64,000 bases of DNA, taken from Perkinsus olseni (taxonomy: Eukaryota). Positions within the stretch are counted from its first letter, which is position 1. The number at the start of each line of letters is the position of its first letter. Positions 49,798-60,819 of the stretch are shown here, one piece after another. The position numbers and the translations under genes were made by a program. The notes under the pieces were generated by a model that was not told the DNA's origin, ran no database searches, and saw nothing but the letters and a program-made list of their open reading frames with translations. The stretch is taken from the NCBI GenBank assembly GCA_013115125.1, contig JABANN010000067.1, forward strand, positions 1-64,000, in the 5' to 3' direction.

Positions 49798-51402
49798 TCC
49801 CGAAGCAGGTCTGTGTGATTCTGAGAGGCCTGCTACGAAGCTGCATTCCTTATACTCCTATGCACGATCAGGCAGAAGTGGAGTAATAGATGGTGCTGAC
49901 TTTTCGACGTTAGTTGCATATCGAAGCGGAAATATAAAAGCTCTCAGTACCGACTCAGACACCGCCTACCGCTCTATTTGAGAGTCCGTGAACTCTTGAT
50001 TGGGATGCTGCTTCAGCATATCCAATACGACCTTCACGATGGACTCCACCGGCCGCTGCCCCTTTGCTCCGAACTGATACATTTCCAAAACCGAACTGAG
50101 AGATCACCAATGACCAGAGGGAGCTCAGCGAGTGATGTTTACCACGATCAACAAGGCCTCCCTTGTCTTCACAATGGTGGTAGGGCGAATTTGAAAATTT
50201 TTTGATCCGATCGCGCACGTCATTCTGATCGATTATCCCAGAAGGGTGCTGTTGGGTCGAGCCTTTTATTGCCTTTGCGTACATTGACTCGGAGCGTCCT
50301 TCGACGGATAGGATGGGGTCGGTGGAGCGTCCTCTGCTCTGCCACAGGACTCGTTGAAAAGAATCGGAAAAACACTTCATTTTTTAAGCCTTGCGCTGTT
50401 TTCCATGGCACCTTTAGTACCTGTAAAGCCGCCTCGGCACGTTCCAGTCACCTACGGCACTGCAGTCAGGGACGGGCCTGTAGTCCCCATGGTCCCCGAG
50501 ATACCCCACGGCAATATCTACATGCAGCAGCACCTTTCACGGTGAGTGATGGTCATATACGTTGGAGTCGCGTATCGAATCATCAGGTCGTATCGGTCCG
50601 GCGCTGCCACACTGGAGAACAAGAAGCTCGAGGAGGTAGTAATGAAGATGGGCATCTGAGCTGCATTGTCGACATGCAGATTAAGTGGAGTAATCGCGTG
50701 GATGAGCTGGATGCTCGGTGGCGGGGCAACGGCTTCAAAGGAGAGATTCAATACATACCGTAGCCCGTGGGCCGCCCTGCCATCGTGAGGTGGTGCTTTA
50801 GGTTTGTGGGTCGAGGCATAGTCCGACCGTTGAAGCGGGATATCGATTTGCAGATGAAGACCTTTGCTAGGGATAACCTGCGGCACTTGAACGACACTCA
50901 GATGCCCTCCGAAAACGCCGTAAGACTTGCAAGAAATTCACTGGAATTCATCGAGTTCTGTGTTAGCTAAGCGCCCTTCGGAAGGCAGTGAGTCTATCCG
51001 CCAGCCACGGTAGGCTGCCCCAGCTAGCAGCTGGTCTGCCTAGTATCAACCCGACCCTCGGCACTCGGGTGGAGGCTTTGCCAACACTCCACGGCCTCAG
51101 GGGTAGCCCTGCTCCTTCGCAACAAGTGAGTAGGCTTCTCCATCAGGCTCGACCCTGCTTGATGCCTGGAGGGGAAGCACGCCTTGGGCTTTATGCCCAC
51201 CGAACCCTTGTAGTGCTCGCTTGGCTGTTATTCGTATCTCCTATGTTGGTTGTCAGGTGTCGGGTCAAACATTGCTGGGCACATTTCCCGTTGCCTGTCT
51301 GAGCATGTTCTTCGACCATGAAGTATTAGGAGACGAAAGTTGTCCAATCGTTGTGATTGTTGCGTTGAGGTCCTTTGCCCGAGCGCTTCAGTTTTCATTA
51401 GC

Positions 51403-52603
51403 ATGCCTAAGGTCAAGTCCGGCACTGTATCCTCTCAGCCTTTACAGTCACCTCAATCCTCAGCCCCCAGGCCTCCAGTCGGAGGAGTAAGTTTTCGAGT
51501 AGAGGACGACGGTCGAGGTTTCATTCTTGGCAGGGTATGAATATCATCATCGTTGAGCGGGTTGGAAGCGCAGAGCTCGCACAACTTCGACTCCCTGAGT
51601 TTTGCATCGATCACATGATGTAGCGCTCCCTCAGTTGGGCTGTTCTGTTGAGCGCCGACAAGGCCTTGTCGCTCCTGAGAGCTGACATGAATTATTTTAG
51701 GATGATGTCTCCGGAGGGTAATGTGGATATGATGCTGAAGCACATCAATTCAGCCATCAAGCCCCGGGTTGCGACGACCATGTGAGGTTGCCATCGGGCC
51801 GTTGGCGTGCTTAAACGAGAATAAGGTACGTGAAAGGGAAGGCTTGTCACGGTATCACAGTAGAGGACTGTGAGGACGGCATGGTTATCGAGGTTGACTG
51901 TTGACCTCGGGTGCCTCGAAGCGCTCGGTGAGCCTCCTTGAAGCATTGTGAGTTGTCCGTTAGTTCGCGTATTGTGTTCATCTCGCTGGTTCCCTACTTT
52001 CGTGTCTTTGTGAATAGTCGTTCGCCATTTTCCTATGGACTCGGCTACCGCAGCGCGATATACGACAACAGTAGCACTCCTGCTGGCTGCTTCATTTATT
52101 GCGCTCGCTTGGATCAAGCTTAGACCGTGGTAATGCGGGTGAACTCGCTGCCTGCACTCGAGGTCTCAGGTGGATTCATTCTAGTACTCGTCAGAAGGCG
52201 CTGGATGAGATCTACGAGGAGTACGAGCTACTACGCCTCGCCAGGAAAGTAGGGTTGAACGTGCGTCCGAGGGTGGGCAGCTTTTATCCAATACTGTAGG
52301 ATATTATATATCACTACTATTGGGCCCTCAGTCGGCATGAGGATCGGGAAGCAGATGTCCATGAAGAGCAAGTCCTGGAGATCGATAAGAAGTTGGATCA
52401 ATGCAGGGCGCACTACAGAGCCGTTGAGAGAGGTGGGTGTTCTGTATTCAGGTGTACTCAGGTCTTCTGTCTCAGGTGAACCGTCGCAGCTCCATGAGGC
52501 TCCGCACTTACCGGTAACCGTCTATGGTAAAGGAACGCCGGGAGATGACCTCACTGCTGGTGATGTTTCTGCGCGCATGCGTCAGTCCTCTAAGGCATCG
52601 TGA
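51403..52603 (+). CDS. Hypothetical multi-exon protein
   Basis: MPKVKSG.. start; exons ALDEIYEEYELLRLARK and DIIYHYYWALSRHED.. are bounded by splice signals. Confidence 0.4.
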
Positions 52604-52737
52604 CAGCATCTTGAAGCCCCCCTGTGTTGTTGAGTTCTTCGTGGACGCTAGCGATGTACTGCAGTATCTGTCTTTCTTTCTCACCCTCGAGGGCTCATAT
52701 TATCTAGTCAGTCACTTTTTTCCTGTTTCCTCCGGAC

Positions 52738-53910
52738 ATGTTTCGCAACCCTTATGATACCGACTGCATCACCTGGTCGCCCCAGGGCCGCATCTTTCAG
52801 ATAGAGTATGCTATGGAGGCGGTCAAGCAGGGTACTGCCGTTGTGGCCCTCAGAGGAAAGAAACACGCGGTAGGTTGGGCGCGATCTGCGCTATTTATCG
52901 TTTCTGCGCATAGTTTACTTATAAGTGTGACAGCATCCTTACAGCAGTCAATCGACTGTTTGCGGTATTGCGATCTTATTTCATCATTGTTCTGGCCGGA
53001 AGTCTGTCTCTGTCAGGTACTGTGTGCTTTCCGAAGGAGGCAGTCTGAGCTCGCGTCCTACCAGCAAAAGATATTCCGTATAGGCGATCACATCGGCGTC
53101 GCCATCTCTGGTCTCACCGCCGATGCCCGTAAGAGCACTTTTCTGTTTCCATCTTGTGATAATCCGTTGTAAGGTATGCTCTGCTCCTTCATGCGCGACG
53201 AGTGCCTCTCACATAAGTTCACCTATGACACGCCGATGAGCGTTGGAAGGTTGGTCAGCAAAATCGGTGTTGGTGAGTATCCGTGGGCACCTTGCACGCG
53301 GTCAAGCCGCTATCCGTCCTCAGAATCACAGGAGAAGACCCAGGTGGCCAGCAAGCGTCCGTCCGGTGTTGGCCTTCTCGTCGCGGGCTACGACGAGAAC
53401 GGCCCTCATATCTATGAGACCTGCCCCAGTGGAAATATTTTCGAGTAATACGTCGCCGACCATTAGGTCAGGATTCCCGAAGCGATCGTGGTGGTCAGGT
53501 ATTATGCTATGGCCATTGGTGGTCGCTCGCAGTCAGCCAGGACTTACCTCGAGAACAACTACGAGGGTTTCGACAATATCGAGGACCAGAAGGAGCTTCT
53601 CATGCATGGCCTCAAGGCCCTAGCCAAGACGCTTCAGGATGATGCTACGTGAGCATATCAGTGCGTGCTAGCTTTGAAGGTATGAGAGTCTCGTCATGTT
53701 TTGGCTAGACTGACTACGGAGAACTGTAGCATCGCTATCGTCGGTGAGGAGCAGCCTTTCAAGGAGCTGAGTACCGAGGAGCTACAGGGTCTGATTAGCG
53801 ATCTCGATCAGACCAAGGTGAGTCGCTCGTCGCACAGCTACTGAAGGGTTTACGTTTTGTTGTGTCAGCCTGAAGCGACTGGTGCGGCTCCTATGGACAC
53901 ATCTGAGTGA
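52738..53910 (+). CDS. PSMA1: 20S proteasome subunit alpha type-1 (alpha-6), multi-exon
   Basis: [93 protein letters not shown]. Confidence 0.95.
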
Positions 53911-54795
53911 AGAGTGATAACCAGTAAACACCGGTAGCTCTCGATTGTTACCACCGATTGTTGCTGAACCATAAGTTTCAAACTTCGGTAAAGTTCATTA
54001 TTTGTCGAGTTCGAATTTTAGTCGGGGCCCCTTGGGTGGCGCGACGGACCCGTGTGAAGTTCACACTGTGAACCGGGTACCAGGTAGACGGGTTCCTGTC
54101 CCGTGACCGGGGCCTTAGGTGGGGACCTAAGTGCCTCAGGTCTTCTCCACACCACCCAGTCGACTAAGTTTGGTAATATATAGAAAGGGGTTACACGTGA
54201 GGATCACTGGAGCCATAGTTGATGACTGACGGAATCGTCTCTGATGAGCTTCGATAATTACTCTTTTTTGGGACAAGCCATAGCAGCAGTTGGCGTAAAA
54301 TCTGGTCGTTGGTGTGCAACACATCGTGTGTTGCTGAGCAAGTTGTGAGTTGAGGACCGGGCCTCCACGAAAGGCTAACTGAAAATCTTGCTTGCTTAGA
54401 GTGACTGTGCTTCAAGACCGCTTGTTCCTATATCTAATCGCATATCCTATGTCTAATAACCCGCAAGTTTACTCAGTGATATCACTGATGGACATCACTG
54501 ATCCTGCCTTCGGTCAAGCCAACTAGTGAACCCAACAATTTGATCAGTGAGCACTGGATACATAAATTAAGCCAGTTAGTGGTGGAATTTACTTCACAAC
54601 GAAGTAGTAGTGAGATGATGATTAAGATAACACCCAGCCTCGCCGGGATTATCATAAACAATGATACCAGTAACGATATTTCGATTCTAAACAGTTTTAG
54701 CAGTACAGCAGGTGGTTAAAGAACAGAACACACCCAGACTCCCCGGGTATGAGCGCTCATTAAACCAATAAATCCTGTTGATGATCAACCATCAC

Positions 54796-56586
54796 TTATC
54801 GTCTCTCGAGACCGTTCTTCTCGGGTTGCAAGAAGTTGTTGATGACATCGTTGACCACGACCTCCAAGTTGGCCTTAGCCTGCTCCTCACTCTTCCTGTC
54901 GGACATCTCGCAGTAGTACTTCAGCTTGGGCTCAGTACCGGAACCGCGAAGAGTGACAACGGCATTGTTGTCGAAGTACAATGTGATCATCTGCTGGTCA
55001 GGAGTAGTCGGGAGAACGCTCTTCTTATCGGACATCCTGGAGTCGTAGCCGAGAGTGACATCACGGATACCGGCGATAGTAGAGGAGCCCAAGCTCTTAG
55101 CGTAAGCACCGTTGTTACGGAAAGAGTCGAAGATCTGCTTCATAACCTTGGGGTCATAGCACAAGAAGTAGCCGTTGTTGTTGGCGAAGTAACCAACAGT
55201 CTGACGGAGCTCCTCGAGACGCTCACAGAGAGTGATACCCTTCTCACGACGCCAGTAGTTGGCCATCTCGGCCCACACGGAGGCGGCAGTGACACCATCC
55301 TTATCAGGAACAGCCATGGTCAAAGCGTAACCGATAGCCTCCTCGTAAGCAAGGCAGTGGACGAGCTCGGGGTTCTCCTTGGTGAGCTTGAGGGAAGTGT
55401 TAGCCAACCACTTGAAACCGGTCAAGGTATCAGTGTACTGGCAACCGTAGTGCTTAGCGACAGCGGCGAGCATCTTGGAAGATACAGTCGAGTTGAGAAC
55501 CAAGCACTTCTCAGCGGGGACGCCACGACGGAGAGCCATCAAGATGGAGAAATCGCCGAAGATGGTTCCGATCTCATCACCACTGAACTGATGCCATTCA
55601 CCGTTCTTCTGCTTCTCGCAGGCAGTGAAGCGATCAGAATCAGGATCGTTAGCAATGACGTAATCGCAGTTGTTCTCCTTAGCGAAGGCAAGACACAAGT
55701 TGAGTGCACCCTTCTCCTCGGGATTGGGGAAAGGCACAGTGGGGAACTCCGGATCGGGATGAGCCTGGGGTTCGAAAACCTTAACGCACTCATCAGGGAT
55801 GTTGAACCTCTTGAGGAGACCGGTGGTGAAGGGAAGACCGACACCATGCATGGCGGTGTAGGCGAACTTCAACGTACTCTTCTTGTTCTCCTCGGGGAAG
55901 CGGCAGAGCTCATGATACATCTGATCGAGGTAAGTGGCAAGTACGTCGTCATAGGGGTCAATGATCTTGGAGGTATCCTTAAGATAGCACTCTCCATCAA
56001 CGTTCAGGAGCTCGAGAGCCTCCTTCCAGGGAACGAGGTTCTTGGCAATAGAGGCAGATATGTCACTGTCCATAGGAGGGATAATCTGAGCACCGTTGGC
56101 AGCGTAGACCTTGTAGCCGTTATCCATCTTAGGGTTGTGCGAAGCAGTCACCTGGGCACCAGCACAACAGTTGTTCTTCTTCACCAAGTAGGGGTTGAAA
56201 GGAGTGCAAGTAGTGGCCTTGTCATACAAGTACACCTTGGCGCCCTGGGAGAGGAAGACAGCAGCAGCAACGTGAGCGAAACGCTTGGAGTTGTAACGAC
56301 CATCAAAGCCGAAGACAACACCGCGCTCCGCGAGAGCCTCCTTACCGAACTGACCCTCGAGATACCTGCAGAGACCCTGGGAAGCCTGCATCACAGTGAG
56401 GCAGTTCATACGGTCGAAACCGGCGCCCATACGAGAACGGAGGCCGGCAGTACCGAAGACCAAACGCTTCTCGGGGTTCAAGTGCTGGGCGATATCTTCC
56501 TCGCTAAAGGAAGAGGCCTCATCACGAGTGGCCTTATAGAAATCTAGGGAGAGCCGGTACTGGAGAGCCTCGTTAGATGACGACAT
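54796..56586 (-). CDS. PGM2: Phosphoglucomutase-2/phosphopentomutase-type alpha-D-phosphohexomutase (intronless)
   Basis: FGTAGLR, catalytic TASHNP, metal-binding DPDSDRF, LTGFKW, YEEAIGY, DKDG, RGSGTEPKLKYY. Confidence 0.93.
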   Translation of the reverse strand: MSSSNEALQYRLSLDFYKATRDEASSFSEEDIAQHLNPEKRLVFGTAGLRSRMGAGFDRMNCLTVMQASQGLCRYLEGQFGKEALAERGVVFGFDGRYNSKRFAHVAAAVFLSQGAKVYLYDKATTCTPFNPYLVKKNNCCAGAQVTASHNPKMDNGYKVYAANGAQIIPPMDSDISASIAKNLVPWKEALELLNVDGECYLKDTSKIIDPYDDVLATYLDQMYHELCRFPEENKKSTLKFAYTAMHGVGLPFTTGLLKRFNIPDECVKVFEPQAHPDPEFPTVPFPNPEEKGALNLCLAFAKENNCDYVIANDPDSDRFTACEKQKNGEWHQFSGDEIGTIFGDFSILMALRRGVPAEKCLVLNSTVSSKMLAAVAKHYGCQYTDTLTGFKWLANTSLKLTKENPELVHCLAYEEAIGYALTMAVPDKDGVTAASVWAEMANYWRREKGITLCERLEELRQTVGYFANNNGYFLCYDPKVMKQIFDSFRNNGAYAKSLGSSTIAGIRDVTLGYDSRMSDKKSVLPTTPDQQMITLYFDNNAVVTLRGSGTEPKLKYYCEMSDRKSEEQAKANLEVVVNDVINNFLQPEKNGLERR

Positions 56587-57160
56587 GGTTGATTAATAGA
56601 AATAGATGAGATGAGTAGTGAGGATAGGGCGAGTCGGCCTGGCGACGCTAACGCTGAGCTAAGCAGACAGCTACACAACACTCGAGGAGCAGCGCATGAT
56701 ACAACGGCGTATAACACTGAGTCGAGTCGTCCCAGGATGACCTCGTTGTGATGAAAGGTATCAATGAGCCAAGAGTAGCATGTGAGGGACCGCCAGGGAG
56801 AGGAGGAGTGCCCATGAGAAACGCCTTTTATTGACCTACGCAACATAGAGTAAAAGATCAGAAGCGCCAGCGGACCAACTCTGCCGCGTCCAACTGCTTT
56901 GATACTCGGATACCTCTGAGATGTAGCATGAATACCATCATCGCCTCCGTGACCTCATGAGTATCTTTCCATTACTGTACAACAACGCCGTTCACTTGAC
57001 CGTAGACACGTGGAATGCTGATAACATCAACACGTTTGCAAATCGATCACGATGGCGCAGTTAGTGACGCAAACACAACATACCGAATGGCAGTTGACGG
57101 CTTGGTTTGCACGAGGTTGATGCTTTGCATTGTCGTATTTGAAGTGGCTTTTGAGCGTCA

Positions 57161-59480
57161 ATGACCACCTACTTTCCCATTCGCGAAATTTCTTCCTACT
57201 CGGTCAGGAACTGGACCATCAAAGCCAGGATCACGGCTAAGGTATGGGGAGCATGGATGGATAAGCCCGGGGCGAATATTGCGTTATTCAGTCGACCGTC
57301 CGACACTTCACCAACGCTCGTGGAGGAGGATCGGTCTTCAGTATCGACTTACTCGACAAAGAAGTAAGATCGAGTCCGCTGTAATTCCGGTATATTCGTC
57401 GTTTGGCAGGGCAGCGAGATTAGAGGGTCCTTCTTCAATGCAGCTGCTGAGAAATTTGATAAGATGCTTCAGAAGGGGAAGGTAGACAGATGGTAGATCG
57501 ACCTAGGCGTATCTTCCACCGTCAGGTATATACCTTCACTAAAGGCAACGTGAAAGTGGCTAATAAGAGATATAGCTCTTGCAACCACAACTACGAGATC
57601 GTGTTTGAAGAAGACTCCCAAATAGTTGAGGTTCAGGATGATGTTGATGATCAAATTGAGAAGATCAAGTACGGAGTAAATGGAACTTTGAAACCCTGAC
57701 AGGCCATTGACAGGTATACCTTCTGCCCGGTAAGAGAACTCAAGTCGAAGCCGGTACCGAGTACGGTCGATCTTTTGGTAGTTATTAGGGATCATAGGTG
57801 AGGCGAGGTGCTTGGCGCTATCTTTGAACCCACTGGTGCGGGATTTGCTAGGATTGTGAATGTCGAATATGGGCGGCGACAATGGGAGTTTTGCATGCCG
57901 TGTCTGCGTCAGACCCGCGGGAACTGTCAACTCTAAGAATGGAGCTGAGCTCTTCCGGCGTAATGTGACGGTCTGTGACGAGTCCGGCTGCAGTGTCGAC
58001 GTCACTTTCTGGAATGACTTGGTAATTTTACTTTTCGTCGAACCTTGTTTTCATGTGAGTGTCAGGTCAACGTCGTGGATGAATCGGTATTGCAGACGCA
58101 GCCGGTCGTCGCTATGAAAGGAGTCAGCGTTCGTGACTACGGCGGTAACTGAAGTGTCGTTTTCATGACTCCCACCGTCCTTTACTCAGGCCGAAGTTGC
58201 TCGACTCTGAACTCGACTCAGATCGAAGTTAACCCAGATCTCCCGGAGGCTAAGCAATTAAAGGTGGTATCTTTTATTCACCCTAGTTCCTCTGGGGAAG
58301 TGGTCGAAATCACCTGTAACGTGACCGTTGGTAGTTCTGAGACACTTATGGGGGGCTTCATTGGAACCGTAGTTGCTGTTTTGGACGTCAGATATGGTGG
58401 GCTAACACTGGTTGCTCGATGGCGTTCACCAACCTGTCGCAACAGGGCGTATCTGCTCCAGGGACTGGTGGTCAGTCTATGGTCACTAAGAATATGGTAA
58501 CAGGAATCATCTTTGTAAGTTACTTAATTGTCGTCTGTGTTAGACTATTGCGGAGATGAAGGATGATGTAAAGAACATGGATTTGGGCGGGGCGATGCAC
58601 TCGTATGAGATTGTCGGTCGACTTCAATTCATCACCACCCGGGGAAGGGACGGAAATGACGTGAGATTATTTGTGTAGTGTCCTGTAATCAAGGAAATTT
58701 CTGTTAGATTCCGATCTTCTACATGGCGTGTGACAGTTGTAATCGCAAAATGGCTGAGGGTAGTGACGGTTTCTGTCAGGCATGCAACAGACAGGTGAGA
58801 GTCGGGATTTCTTCTGCTGCTGGTGGTAGTTGCCTACTTGATTCGAGTATTTGGCATCGAAGTTCGTTCGATGACGGTATCATTTCCTTCCCTCATCTTC
58901 TCGAGATGGAGTGTTTTCCACGCAGGTTAACGTAAAGGCTAGATACATGCTACGTTCACAGTTCGTTGACAGCACGGATGACGCATATCTCACGTGCTTT
59001 CATGATCAAGGTAGTCCGTAGGGGATTGGTTCGTCGGGATCTGCTTAGTGGTCGTGTTAGCGCATGCCCTGATCGGGAAGCCCGTTGAGGACTTCGTGAT
59101 GGCGCAGGAAACTGGTAAGAGTGCAGGAGATGAGCTGAAGGAGCACTACTTTGAGAAGGTAGTCTGTTACTGGATATTGCCATGGACTAATATCCTGGAA
59201 TCCAGGCATGGAAGATTCGAGTTCGGGCCAAGGTGGAGACGTATCAGGGAGAACCTCGCCCTCGTATTACGGTGTCCTCTCTGGAGCCTCTCGACCCTAA
59301 GGATCATTGTCAGCGATTGCTCACGGCGATCTATGAAAATGTAGGAAGTGCAGAATCTATGCCGCCTACGGTGTTGGTCAGATTGGTAGGGAAGATGACG
59401 AGTTGCAGAAAGCTAAGATACGCCAATCGATGATAGGAGAAACAGTTCCGATGGAGACAGCAGTGGCCAGTGGGGCCTGA
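57161..59480 (+). CDS. RPA1: Replication protein A large subunit, short form (OB folds A-C), multi-exon
   Basis: NWTIKARITAK; GSVFSIDLLD; EIRGSFFN..FDKMLQKGK; VKVANKRY; VDVTFWND; zinc finger YMACDSCNRK..FCQACNRQ; RAKVETYQGEPRPR. Confidence 0.9.
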
Positions 59481-60819
59481 TAATGTCACGAGTTTCGAAC
59501 TCTGCATGCAAGTCCGCTGTACCGTAATGTTGAGTTGCAAGTCCAAAATCGATTGCCGGGGCGCGCGCTAGTGCTGATGAACATGGCGCGATCATTGCTC
59601 ATGTTCATCGAAGTGCGTTGAGTTGAGTTACTTACATTGGGAGACCTGGAAACTGATTGGTCGGAGTGATATTCGACCACTGCTCATATGCGTAGCAAAT
59701 CCGCCGGAGAACTTATCCTGTGGTCCTTGTTGAGTCTCTCAGTCAGACACGAAAACGACGGGTGATTTACTACCTATTGCGCTTCGTCGAGTGATAGCGG
59801 TGCGAAGGGGCACGTTCTTCGATTGATGGCCGATAGTGGGATATATAGATGTGTTTTGAGCTGTAGTAGTGGGTCTTTGGTTTCCTTATCCGAGAAGCTC
59901 CAAGAGCTCCAGTCGTTCGTGGATAATGTCTGTATGTGCAACATGCGGCCTCTACTTCATGGACATACTGTATGATGGAGTCGAAGTGCATGAACCGGGA
60001 ACAGGGATACTGTAGTACTGGGATGAGGGCCGGTTTCGGTTGATGATAAGAAAAATTGTTTGCTTTAAAAAATGCAGTCTCGTGAAGCCGATGCCCACGA
60101 AAAAATCTTTTCGCTGATACTCGATAATTACGATCGGTGAGTTCATAGGGAACCTCCGTAACCGTTAGAGCCCTGAATGAGCGATTCGCGGAATCTCGAG
60201 CGGTGTGTTCGAGCTTTCCTTAAATCATTGATACTACTTAGTCGGCTTTGGCTCTCCGCGCGCTCAATGATGTGCAGAATAACCTGCCCGTAGTGTGAAG
60301 ATTATACATCCTACGTAGCGCTTACCGAGAGGCGTTCCATGAGGATGTCATCAGTGAATTTCCTCTTTGCCGCAATCCGTCAGCATTTACTGCGGCGTAC
60401 CATAATTGTGTATCTGAAAAATCCCATGCCTCCCCGATATAGCATCAAGGCTCTCTGGGCAAGATCTCAATTCCTGATGCACATGGCCGAGTCCTGAAGT
60501 TTGGGTACACCAGTCGATTGTGTCTGTCGGCGGTCGGGTGGCGGGCCACAGTTATGGTTCTCACGACATGCTGTGCTCAACTGGTATTTTCATTTCGTTC
60601 ATATCGCGGGGCTGCGTCAAATGCCTTCTAACTACAGGCTTATTTCGCACAACGCTTATGTTGGTCTAGTGAATGCTACCTGCACGCTTGCATCGCCTAC
60701 GGATGTTAGCGCGCGTGTCACTCGTGCAGCGAAATGCTTGCTTGGAAGTATACCGCAGAGATTAGTGCGAGTCGGTTGTGAGTTATCTTCCAGGTTCCAT
60801 TGCAACAACTGTTATTATT

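Noticed and set aside
54778-56547. 589-aa plus-strand ORF
   Set aside because: Antisense shadow of the codon-biased PGM2 gene; no recognisable motifs.
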